The translations under genes were made by a program, and so were the position numbers. The notes under the pieces are model-generated. The model had not been told where the DNA came from, ran no database searches, and worked only from the letters and a program-made list of their open reading frames with translations. DNA of 64,000 bases. Origin: Acidobacteriota bacterium. Lineage in GTDB: Bacteria > Acidobacteriota > Vicinamibacteria > Vicinamibacterales > UBA2999. Positions 16,684-25,500 of this stretch are shown here, piece after piece. The stretch is taken from assembly GCA_016213695.1 (NCBI GenBank), contig JACQZV010000005.1:9775-73774 (forward strand). The letters are read 5' to 3'. The first letter of the stretch is position 1. The number at the start of each line of letters is the position of its first letter.

Positions 16684-17442
16684 ATGCCTCGAATTCTCGT
16701 GACTAATGACGATGGCGTGCATTCCGAGGGAATTCATGCCCTCGCCGACGCGCTCGGCTCGCTTGGGGAGGTGACGGTCGTCGCCCCGATGCAGGAGGCG
16801 AGCGCGATCGGTCACGCGCTGACGCTGCGCCGCCCGCTCCGGCTCGAGCGCGTGCGGCAGGGGGTGTACGCGGTGGATGGCACGCCGACCGATTGTATCA
16901 ACGTGGCGGTCGCGCACGTGCTCGACGGCAAGGCCGACCTGATCGTCTCCGGCATCAACAAGGGGTGGAACCTGGGCGACGACGTCACGTACTCGGGAAC
17001 GGTGTCCGGCGCGCTCGAGGGGGCGCTGCTCGGGATTCCGAGCGTGGCCATCTCGACGCAGAACCGGCAGAGCCAGTTCGAGTTCGCCCCGGCGGCACGG
17101 GCGGCGGCGACGATTGCCGAGGCGATTCTCGAGCGCGGGATGCCGAAGTTCACGCTACTCAACGTCAACGTCCCGTTCGGCGCAAACAAGGGGTTCCGGG
17201 CCACGGTGCAGGCGCGGCGGAATCACGTGACGGTGGTCAATAAGCGCATCGACCCACGGGATCGGGCGTACTACTGGATCGAGGAAGGGGAGAACGCCTG
17301 GGAGCCCCACGACCGCTCGGACTACCAGGCGGTCCGCGACGGCTACATCTCGATCACGCCGTTGCAGCCGGACATGACGGCCCACGAGGCGCTCACCTAC
17401 GTGGAGGAACTGCCGCTGACAACGCCGGCCGGGCGGCGATAG
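16684..17442 (+). CDS. surE: 5'/3'-nucleotidase SurE
   Basis: The N-terminus MPRILVTNDDGVHSEGIHALADAL and the GINKGWNLGDDVTYSGTVSGA motif are diagnostic of SurE. Confidence 0.92.
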   Translation: MPRILVTNDDGVHSEGIHALADALGSLGEVTVVAPMQEASAIGHALTLRRPLRLERVRQGVYAVDGTPTDCINVAVAHVLDGKADLIVSGINKGWNLGDDVTYSGTVSGALEGALLGIPSVAISTQNRQSQFEFAPAARAAATIAEAILERGMPKFTLLNVNVPFGANKGFRATVQARRNHVTVVNKRIDPRDRAYYWIEEGENAWEPHDRSDYQAVRDGYISITPLQPDMTAHEALTYVEELPLTTPAGRR

Positions 17443-17453
17443 CCGCCGAATCG

Positions 17454-17480
17454 GGGCCGCACCGTCCCTGCGTGCGGCCC
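17454..17480 (+). terminator. Stem-loop downstream of surE (possible terminator, non-canonical)
   Basis: Perfect 9-bp stem GGGCCGCAC / GTGCGGCCC with a 9-nt loop. The T-run (17498-17502) lies ~18 nt away, so this is not a textbook intrinsic terminator. Confidence 0.35.
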
Positions 17481-17506
17481 TGCGTGTGGTACACTGATTT
17501 TTCCGT

Positions 17507-17583
17507 CGGGGCGTGGCTCAGCCTGGTAGAGCACTCGGTTCGGGACCGAGGGGTCGCTGGTTCGAATCCAGTCGCCCCGACCA
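17507..17583 (+). tRNA. tRNA-Pro (anticodon CGG)
   Basis: Manual cloverleaf: acceptor CGGGGCG/CGCCCCG, D-arm GCTC-AGCCTGGTA-GAGC, anticodon arm CTCGG-TTCGGGA-CCGAG, T-arm GCTGG-TTCGAAT-CCAGT, encoded CCA. Confidence 0.9.
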
Positions 17584-17649
17584 TCCGCTCACTTTCGTTC
17601 GCGTCTGGCCGGCTCGACGGCTTCAGGCGTGGCGCGGCTTGCGCCGCGC

Positions 17650-17677
17650 CTGGCACGAATCCAGTCGCCCCGACCAT
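17650..17677 (+). repeat. Direct repeat of the tRNA-Pro(CGG) T-arm/acceptor 3' end (att-like scar or tRNA fragment)
   Basis: CTGGcaCGAATCCAGTCGCCCCGACCAT matches tRNA positions 17557-17584 (CTGGttCGAATCCAGTCGCCCCGACCAT). 22 consecutive identical bp are 93 bp apart. The hairpin GGCGCGGC-ttgc-GCCGCGCC lies just upstream. Confidence 0.8.
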
Positions 17678-17825
17678 TTCACGCTGCCCATCGCGGCCCG
17701 GGTTTTCCGGGCCGCTTTTGCTGTACGGGCGCAGGACGTATAATCCGGCCACTTTTCACGCACTGCGGTCCCGTGACTGGCAGGCCTGTGGGGAACGAGT
17801 GCGCTGGCGAGGAGGGGAGGAAGCG

Positions 17826-18611
17826 ATGAGACTCCGTTGGAGCGTGGTGTTGTTGGTCGTTGCGGCGGTGGCGATCGTGCGGGCGCAGATGCCCACCTCG
17901 ACCACCATCATGGGCGCGAGTGGCACCGTCGTGATCACCGCCCTGGGGCACGCCAGCGTGCAGATCGAGCAGGGCAACAAGGTCGTCATTGTTGACCCGG
18001 TGAGCATGATGGCCGATCTGTCGAAGGCCAAGCCCGCCGACCTGATTCTCATCACCGACATCCATCAGGATCACTACGACCCGGCCGCGGTGGCGAAACT
18101 GCGCAAGACGGGCGCGCCGGTCGTGGCCCCCCCCGCCGTCGCCGACATGAAACAGATCCCCGACGTCGTCTCGATGGGCAACAACCTCATGCGGACCAAC
18201 GAGGCCGCTCTGGCGGGGCTGACCGTGATCTCGGTTCCGGCCTACAACATCGAGCGCGGGCCGTCGCCCGGCCAGCTGTATCACACGCGCGGCCGCGGAC
18301 AGGGCTACCTCATTCAGTTCACGAGCAGCCTTGCCGATGCGCGCGCGGGGAAAGCGCCGTCGGTCTACGTTGCCGGTGACACCGAGTGCGTGCCTGCCAT
18401 GGGGCAGTGGGTGCGGGGGGTTGACGTGGCGCTCATGCCGATGAACCTGCCCTACACGATGACCCCGGCCGAGGCGGCGACCTGTGTCAAGGAATTCGCG
18501 CCCAAGATCGCGATTCCGTACCACTACATGGGCCAGAAGCCGGAGGAGTTCGCCGAGGCGCTGAAGGGGACCAAGATCGAGGTCCGGCTGCTCAACTGGT
18601 ACGCGAAGTAG
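17826..18611 (+). CDS. Secreted MBL-fold metal-dependent hydrolase (degenerate HxHxDH)
   Basis: ATG 17826 gives signal peptide MRLRWSVVLLVVAAVAIVRAQ. The core reads GHASVQIE..VVIVDP..LILITDIHQDHYD, typical of the small MBL-fold hydrolase subgroup. Confidence 0.7.
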   Translation: MRLRWSVVLLVVAAVAIVRAQMPTSTTIMGASGTVVITALGHASVQIEQGNKVVIVDPVSMMADLSKAKPADLILITDIHQDHYDPAAVAKLRKTGAPVVAPPAVADMKQIPDVVSMGNNLMRTNEAALAGLTVISVPAYNIERGPSPGQLYHTRGRGQGYLIQFTSSLADARAGKAPSVYVAGDTECVPAMGQWVRGVDVALMPMNLPYTMTPAEAATCVKEFAPKIAIPYHYMGQKPEEFAEALKGTKIEVRLLNWYAK

Positions 18612-18645
18612 GCGCCGGCGCGGCAGCCTCGAAGGGAGCCTGTAG

Positions 18646-19551
18646 ATGCGGAAGGGGTCGACAGCGGCCATCCTGGTGATCGCCGTGGCAGGGGCGGTCG
18701 CCATCATGTGGGCGGCCTCGCGCCTGCTCGAGGCGCAGGGCCCGGCCAGTGGCCAGGCGGCGAAGCCGGGGCAGTTTCCTGGTTACACGGCGCCGCGGAC
18801 CGCCGACGGCCATCCCGATCTCAACGGCATCTGGCAGAGCTTCACCAGCGCCAACTGGGACCTCGAGGCGCACTCTGCCGCGTCCGGGCCGCACCCCGAA
18901 CTGATGGGGGCGTGGGGCGCCCAGCCCGGTGGCCAGAGCATCGTGGAGGGGGGAACCATCCCGTATACACCGGAAGGGCTCGCGAGAAAGAAGACTCACT
19001 TCGCGACGCGGACGACGGTATCGGTGCCGGGAGATGAGGTCGACCCGCCGCTGGGCGACCCGGAGCTCAAGTGCTGGATGCCGGGCGTGCCGCGGATGAT
19101 GTACATGCCGTATCCGGTACAGATCGTCCAGACCCCGACCGCCATCCTCATGACCCACGAGTTCAACGGCAGCTCCCGCATCGTCCGCATGAACTGGCCG
19201 GAGGAGTCGCCGGTCGACAACACCTTCTTCATGGGGTGGTCGCGCGGGCGGTGGGAGGGCGACACGCTCGTCATCGATGTGACGGGGTTGAACGACAAGA
19301 ACTGGCTCGATCGCGCGGGAAACTTCGTCACCGACACGACCCACGTCGTCGAGCGGCTGACGGCGGCCAGCCCGTACCACATCGCCTATGAGGCGACGAT
19401 CGAGGATCCGAAGGCGTTCGCGCGCCCCTGGAAGATCAGCTTTCCGCTCTATCGACGAATGGAGCGCGACGTGCAGCTGATGGAATTCAAGTGCCAGCCG
19501 TTTGTCGAAGAGCTACTGTATGGACGCTTCACGAAGAAACCAACCACGTAA
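18646..19551 (+). CDS. Exported protein, unnamed family A (copy A1)
   Basis: N-terminal signal/anchor. Motifs DGHPDLNGIWQ, GDPELKCWMPGVPR, GWSRGRWEGDTLVIDVTG, HVVERLT, EDPKAFARPWKISFPLYRR and EFKCQPF are shared with 33299-34201 and 40191-41135. Confidence 0.75.
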   Translation: MRKGSTAAILVIAVAGAVAIMWAASRLLEAQGPASGQAAKPGQFPGYTAPRTADGHPDLNGIWQSFTSANWDLEAHSAASGPHPELMGAWGAQPGGQSIVEGGTIPYTPEGLARKKTHFATRTTVSVPGDEVDPPLGDPELKCWMPGVPRMMYMPYPVQIVQTPTAILMTHEFNGSSRIVRMNWPEESPVDNTFFMGWSRGRWEGDTLVIDVTGLNDKNWLDRAGNFVTDTTHVVERLTAASPYHIAYEATIEDPKAFARPWKISFPLYRRMERDVQLMEFKCQPFVEELLYGRFTKKPTT

Positions 19552-19567
19552 CGACGGAGGCACGCCG

Positions 19568-20686
19568 ATGAGTCGTCGAGTCCGGATTTCCCTGGGCGTC
19601 GTGGCGCTGGCGCTCGTCGTGGCCGGGATGATGGCGGCGCGGGGACAACTGGCGCTCCCGGCCGCGTTGTCGCCGGACACGGCGTCGGCCGAGGGCTGGA
19701 CCCCGCCGAAGACGCCGTGGGGCGACCCTGACCTGCAGGGCATCTACAACTACGGCACGAGCACGCCGCTCCAGCGCCCGCAGACAGTGGGAGGCAAGCC
19801 GGTGCTCTCCGACGAGGAAGCCCAGGCGCTGCAGGAGCAGATCGCGTCGCGGCTGAACCGCGATCGCCGTGACGGCGGAGCGCAGGCCGACGTGTCGCGG
19901 TCCTACAACGAGATCTGGATGGACCCGGCCCGGATGCGGCTCACCGCCGACAAGCGCACGTCGCTCATCGTCGATCCGCCCGACGGCCGGCTTCCGGCGC
20001 GCGTGCAGCGCCAGTTGACGCCGGAGGAGGAGCGGGAGCGGGCCGCGGCCGACCTGTCGACGCGCCGCTTCAACACCGGCTTCCAGGAGAGCTACCGGGA
20101 CATGGATGTCGGCAACCGCTGTATCATCCGGCGGCGCAATGAAGGCGGCGGCCATCCGTACCTGCCGGCAATCTACAACAACATGGCGCAGATCTTCCAG
20201 GCGCCGGGCTACGTGGTCATCTACTCCGAGATGATCCACTTCTCGCGGATTATCCCCGTGGACGGACGGCCGCCGCTGCCGGGCACGGTCGAGACCTGGC
20301 TGGGCGATCCGCGCGGGCGCTGGGAAGGCGACACGCTCGTCGTCGAGACGCGGAACTTTCATTCCTCCGACGGCATAGGCCGCACGGGCGTCGTCTACGG
20401 CAACGCCAACCCGAAGACGTACCGGATCGTGGAGCGGTTCACGCGGACCGGACCGAAGACGGTCAGCTACGCCGTGACGATCGCGGACCCCGAGACGTGG
20501 ACCAAGCCGTTCACGATCATGGTGCCGTGGAACCAGACGGACGAGCAGATCTACGAGTACCAGTGTCAGGAAACCAATTACGACATGTACCACTGGCTCG
20601 ACGGGGCCCGCGATCGGGAGAAGCGGGGCGAGCGTTTCAACCCGGACGCGCCCGACGCGCGGGCCGGCGACGGGGCGGAAGGCTAG
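19568..20686 (+). CDS. Exported protein, unnamed family B subtype I (copy B1)
   Basis: ATG 19568 gives signal peptide MSRRVRISLGVVALALVVAGMMAA. Motifs are WTPPKTPWGDPDLQGIY, DKRTSLIVDPPDGRLP, RGRWEGDTLVVETRNF, VERFTR and YEYQCQETNY. The C-terminal core is homologous to family A. Confidence 0.75.
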   Translation: MSRRVRISLGVVALALVVAGMMAARGQLALPAALSPDTASAEGWTPPKTPWGDPDLQGIYNYGTSTPLQRPQTVGGKPVLSDEEAQALQEQIASRLNRDRRDGGAQADVSRSYNEIWMDPARMRLTADKRTSLIVDPPDGRLPARVQRQLTPEEERERAAADLSTRRFNTGFQESYRDMDVGNRCIIRRRNEGGGHPYLPAIYNNMAQIFQAPGYVVIYSEMIHFSRIIPVDGRPPLPGTVETWLGDPRGRWEGDTLVVETRNFHSSDGIGRTGVVYGNANPKTYRIVERFTRTGPKTVSYAVTIADPETWTKPFTIMVPWNQTDEQIYEYQCQETNYDMYHWLDGARDREKRGERFNPDAPDARAGDGAEG

Positions 20687-20708
20687 GGTCAGCGAGGTGA
20701 TATTTCCA

Positions 20709-21116
20709 ATGCGAATCATATGCAGTCTCGTCGTCGTGAGTGCCGCGCTGCTCGCGGTACCGGTGCAGGCCCATCACGCGTTTGCCTCGGAGTTCGACGC
20801 GAAGAAGCCCGTCAAGTTCACGGCCACCGTCACGAAGATGGAATGGATTAATCCGCACGCCTGGATGCATGTCGAGGTGAAGAAGGCGGACGGCACCGTG
20901 GAGAACTGGATGATCGAATCCGGGTCGCCCAACAGCCTGTTCCGGCGCGGCATCAACAAGAACACGGTGAAACCGGGCATGACGGTGGTCGTGGACGGCT
21001 ACCAGGCCAGGGACGGATCGCGGCGCGCCAACGGGCGCGACGTGACGCTGCCGGAGGGACGCAAGCTGTTCCTGGGCTCCCAGGGCACCGGCGCGCCGAG
21101 CGAGCCGCAGAAATAG
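20709..21116 (+). CDS. Small exported protein, family C (copy C1; resembles what I recall as DUF6152)
   Basis: Signal peptide MRIICSLVVVSAALLAVPVQA, then HHAFASEFD..VTKMEWINPHAW. Alternative GTG start at 20697. Paralogs lie at 35369 and 43500. Confidence 0.7.
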   Translation: MRIICSLVVVSAALLAVPVQAHHAFASEFDAKKPVKFTATVTKMEWINPHAWMHVEVKKADGTVENWMIESGSPNSLFRRGINKNTVKPGMTVVVDGYQARDGSRRANGRDVTLPEGRKLFLGSQGTGAPSEPQK

Positions 21117-21138
21117 TTCTACAAACGAGGAGGTCATC

Positions 21139-22401
21139 ATGCACGCGCGAAGATGGTCACATGTGTTGCTTCTGGCGGCTGTCGCGTCGGCATCGATGGC
21201 CGTTGCGAGCTGCAGCGGACCGGCCAGCAGCCCGGAGACGGCGGCGCCGCCGGCGCCTGCGGCGGAACGGGGCGGGCAGGATGAGTTCGGCCCGTACGAG
21301 CCGGTGGCGAACTGGCCCCAGCCGCTGGCGGACGGTCCCGACGGCGTGAAGCACGAGGGCTGGACGTGGGGGTCGGTCGGTGCCATCTACGCCGAGACAC
21401 CCGATCGGATCTGGATCGCGCAGCGCGGCGAGCTCCCGCTGCCGGCCGGCGCCAAGCCATGGACGCCGTACGCCATGCTGCAGCCGTCGCGCGGCAACGC
21501 GACCGGCAACGGGGACGGCCTGAGCGCCACGTGCGAGACGGTTCCCAAGCGCGGATGGGAGCGGCGGTGGCACCACTCCGTGTTCGTCGTCGATCGCGAC
21601 GGCAAACTGGTGCAGGAATGGCCGTTCATGGAGAAGATGTTCGCGCAGGACAAGTGCGGCCGTGGCCCGCACAAAGTCAAGTTGAACCCCTACGACGCCG
21701 AGAAGCATGTCTGGATCATTGACGACCAGCAGCACGTGATCTGGAAGTTCACCTACGACGGCAAGCTGGTGATGACGCTCGGGACGGTGGGCAAGCGCGG
21801 GCGCGACGCGGGGCTGCTGTTCGATCGCCCGACCGATATCGACTGGCTGCCTGACGGCACCTTCTTCATCAGTGACGGCTACGGCGGCACGCGCGTGGCG
21901 AAGTTCGACAAGGACGGCAAGTTCATCAAGGACTGGGGCGGCCCGCCGAAGGATCCGAATAATCCGGGTCCGAACGAGTTCGATACGGTCCACAGCATCG
22001 CGATCAGCAAGGATCGGCGCCTGTTCGTCGTCGATCGCACGCATCGCCGGTTCCAGATCTTCGACACCGAGGGGAAGTTCCTCGACATGTTCAGCACGGG
22101 CGTCAACTCGTCGCCGTACTACCACTTCATTTCCACCGACCAGAACCTCTGGGTGGGCGACGGCGGGACGAACCGCATTCTGAAGTACGACCTCGACGGC
22201 CACTTCCTGTACGGATGGGGCGGCCGCGGGGGGCAGCCGGGGCTGTTCAACGGGCCGCACCAGATCACGACCGACCAGGACGGCAACCTGTACGTCGCGG
22301 AAGTGTTCAACGGGCGGGTCCAGAAATTCCGCCCGAAGCCGAACGCGGATCCCGCCAAGGTCGTGGGCCAGGAGCTCCGGTACACGGCCAGCACAAACTG
22401 A
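21139..22401 (+). CDS. NHL-repeat six-bladed beta-propeller lipoprotein
   Basis: Lipobox-like MAVASC. Repeated blade motifs include FDRPTDIDWLPDGTFFISDGYGGTRVAKFDKDGKF, HSIAISKDRRLFVVDRTHRRFQIFD and GPHQITTDQDGNLYVAEVFNGRVQKF. Confidence 0.75.
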   Translation: MHARRWSHVLLLAAVASASMAVASCSGPASSPETAAPPAPAAERGGQDEFGPYEPVANWPQPLADGPDGVKHEGWTWGSVGAIYAETPDRIWIAQRGELPLPAGAKPWTPYAMLQPSRGNATGNGDGLSATCETVPKRGWERRWHHSVFVVDRDGKLVQEWPFMEKMFAQDKCGRGPHKVKLNPYDAEKHVWIIDDQQHVIWKFTYDGKLVMTLGTVGKRGRDAGLLFDRPTDIDWLPDGTFFISDGYGGTRVAKFDKDGKFIKDWGGPPKDPNNPGPNEFDTVHSIAISKDRRLFVVDRTHRRFQIFDTEGKFLDMFSTGVNSSPYYHFISTDQNLWVGDGGTNRILKYDLDGHFLYGWGGRGGQPGLFNGPHQITTDQDGNLYVAEVFNGRVQKFRPKPNADPAKVVGQELRYTASTN

Positions 22402-22435
22402 CGCACGTCGGCGCGCGCGACTCATACGTTCATTT

Positions 22436-22508
22436 ATCCACATCGGCGGAGGAGTTGATGACCACGTTGCCCATGGCTCGGTAACCCCATCTCCACATCG
22501 AGGAGGAG
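22436..22508 (+). promoter_or_regulatory. Duplicated TCCACATCG..GGAGGAG element with an 8-codon uORF in the leader of receptor gene 1
   Basis: Copy 1 (22437-22454) is TCCACATCGGCGGAGGAG, followed by ATG 22458 and uORF MTTLPMAR with stop at 22482-22484. Copy 2 (22492-22508) is TCCACATCGAGGAGGAG. A third SD (AAGGAGGAAG) precedes the receptor ATG at 22542. Confidence 0.4.
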
Positions 22509-22541
22509 ACGCGGTTCGCGAGCCGTTAAGGAGGAAGACGA

Positions 22542-25500
22542 ATGGCTTCCCAGACCGTCGCGCGTCTCGTCGGCGTCGTCGTATCCTGCGTGCTGTGCCT
22601 GCCGGCCCTCGTGTCGGCGCAGTCGGAAACCGGCAACATTGCCGGCGTCGTGAGAGACGCGTCAGGCGCTGTGCTGCCCGGCGTCACGGTGGAGGCTGCG
22701 AGCCCCGCCTTGATTGAAAAGGTCCGCGTCGTCGTGAGCAACGGCGAAGGCCTCTACCGCATTGTCGATTTGCGCCCCGGCGTGTATTCCGTCACGTTCA
22801 CGCTGCCCGGCTTCAACACCTTCGTTCGGGAGGGGATCACGCTGGGCACGGGATTCACCGCCACTGTGAACGGTGAGATGAAGGTCGGAGGGGTCGAGGA
22901 GACGATCACCGTGACGGGCGAGGCGCCGCTCGTCGACACCCAGAACGTCCAGCAGCAGGTCACCCTCTCGCGCGACCTGCTCGATGAAATCCCGACCAGC
23001 AGACGTCCCGCACAGTTCATCACGCTCATCGTCGGGGCCGACGGCGGAGCCAACGCCTCGACCCTCCACGACGTCGGCGGCGTCGGGAGCGACCGCGCAT
23101 TCTTCGGCGTCCACGGCCAGCGCGCCGATGACATGACCTACAACTTCGGCGGCATGGATTCGAGGGTGTTCAGCGGCGGGGGATTCCAGTACAACGCGCA
23201 CACCTTCGAGGAGGTCGTCGTCGAGACGGCTGCCGGCTCCGCTGAAGCGACGACCGGCGGCGTGCAGGTCAACATCGTGCCGAAGGATGGCGGCAACATG
23301 TTCTCGGGAACCATGAGCACCGAGATCACCGGCCCCAGCCTGCAGGCGGAGAATCTGAACGACAAGCTGCGCGCCCGCGGCCTCACGAAGGCCGGGGCGG
23401 TCCGGAGGTACTACGACGTCGGGGGAGGTGTGGGCGGCCCGATCAAGCAGGACAAGCTGTGGTTCTTCAGCGCCGCCCGATGGGAGGACCGGTCGCTCTA
23501 TCAGGCTGGCAATTACTACAACAAGCTGCAGGGCACCGTGTTCTACGAACCCGACCTGAGCCGGCCGGCCTATAACCATGACTACTCCAAGGACGCCTCG
23601 ATCCGTTTGACGTGGCAGGCCGCGGCGAAGCACAAGATTGTCGGCATGTACACGCATCATCCGTCGTGTCAGTGCACGTTTGCCCTGCTGGAGCAGATCA
23701 GTCCCATCTTCGCGCCCGAAGCCGTTGCCGAGCACCACTACGACGGCTCAGGGCCGGGGCAGCTGCCTCAGTTCCTGGCAACCGGCCAGTACACCTTTCC
23801 GGCCACGAATCGGCTCCTGATTGAGGCCGATTGGTCGCAGAGTGCCTACCACCGCAACCAGGCACGGATCCCGGGCGTGGGGTACGACGCGATCTCGGTC
23901 ACGGACACGGGGCTGAACCTCAGGTACGGGTCGCGGAGCACGTTCTACCAGATACTCAACGACGACCGTATTCACGAACGAGCTGCGGTGTCCTATATCA
24001 CCGGGACGCATAACTTCAAGGCTGGTGTCGACCTGAACCAGATGCGCCAGGGCCGCAAGAGCTACGATGACCCCTTCATCGTCAATCACGCCATCTCGTA
24101 CACGTTCCGGAACCAGCTGCCGGTGTCGGTTTCGATCTACACGGGGCCGTACGGCCCGTATCAGACGGCAACAGAAAACGGGTTCTACGCGCAGGACCAG
24201 TGGACCATGCGGAGGCTCACGATGAACCTGGGCCTGCGGTACAGCGTGTATGACGTGCTCATCCCCGAATCCCACCTCCCGGCGGGGCCGTACGTGCCGG
24301 CGCGCGATTTCCCGGAAGTCAAACACTCGCCGCGGTGGGAGAATCTCAGCCCGCGGGTGGGCGCCGCCTACGACCTGTTCGGCACGGGCAAGACCGCACT
24401 CAAGGTGGCGCTCGGTCGGTATCCGGCCCGCAACACCGGCGTCGGCGTGAATCTGCCCGTGTCGAATCAGCCCACGAGCACGACGATGGCCTGGAACGAT
24501 GCGAACGGAAATTTCGTCCCCGACTGTGTGCTCACGAACCCCCTGGCCAACGGCGAGTGCGGGGCGTGGAGTGATCGCACGTTCGGCCAGATCAGGCAGG
24601 GCAACACGCGGTATGCAGACGACGCGCGTGGCGGCTACAACCTGGAGAACTACAACTGGCAGGGCAATGTGTCGGTCCAGCACCAACTGGCGTCCAACCT
24701 GGGCCTCACTGTCGCCTACTTCCGCACGTGGTACGGCGGGTTTCAGGTGCTGGACAACGAGCGTGTCACTCCCGCGGATTTCGATCCGTTCTGCATCACG
24801 GCGCCGGTGGACAGCCGGCTGCCGGGCAGTGTGAGCGGCAAGCAGTTCTGCGGAAACTACGACGTCAACCCGTCGAAGTTCGGCCAGAACAGCTTCCTGC
24901 GGACCCAGGCGTCGCACTACGGCAACATGAGCGAGGTCTTCGACGGCGTCGATCTCACCGTGGCCGCGCGGTTCGGGCGAGGCGGGCAGGTCCAGGGAGG
25001 CATGGCCACCGGGCGCACGGTGACAGATAACTGCGGCCTGGTGGTTGATTCGCCGTCAACCGTCACTGCCGGAACACCTGCGGGCGCCGCGTTGGCCCTG
25101 CCGGTCGCGGATATGCGGCCGGGTTTCTGTAACGTCAGCCGGCCGTGGTCGTCTTCAACGCAGGTGAAGTTCTCGGTCGTCTACCCGCTGCCCTGGGGTC
25201 TGCAGGCCAGCTCGATCTATCAGAACATTCCCGGTGTGCCGATCAGAGCCAGCTACGTCGCCACCGATGCGGAAATCAGGCCGTCGCTCGGCCGGCACCT
25301 TGCGGCGTGCCCCAGCCAGACCGCTGCCACGTGCAATCAGACGGTCACGATCGACCTGATCCCGCCGTTCTCACTCTACGGCGACCGGATCCAGCAGGTG
25401 GATCTGCGTCTGACCCGGAACTTCCCGCTGGGGGCCAGGAGGCTGCAGGGGAATTTCGACGTCTACAACGTGCTCAATGCGAACACCGTTCAAAACGAGC

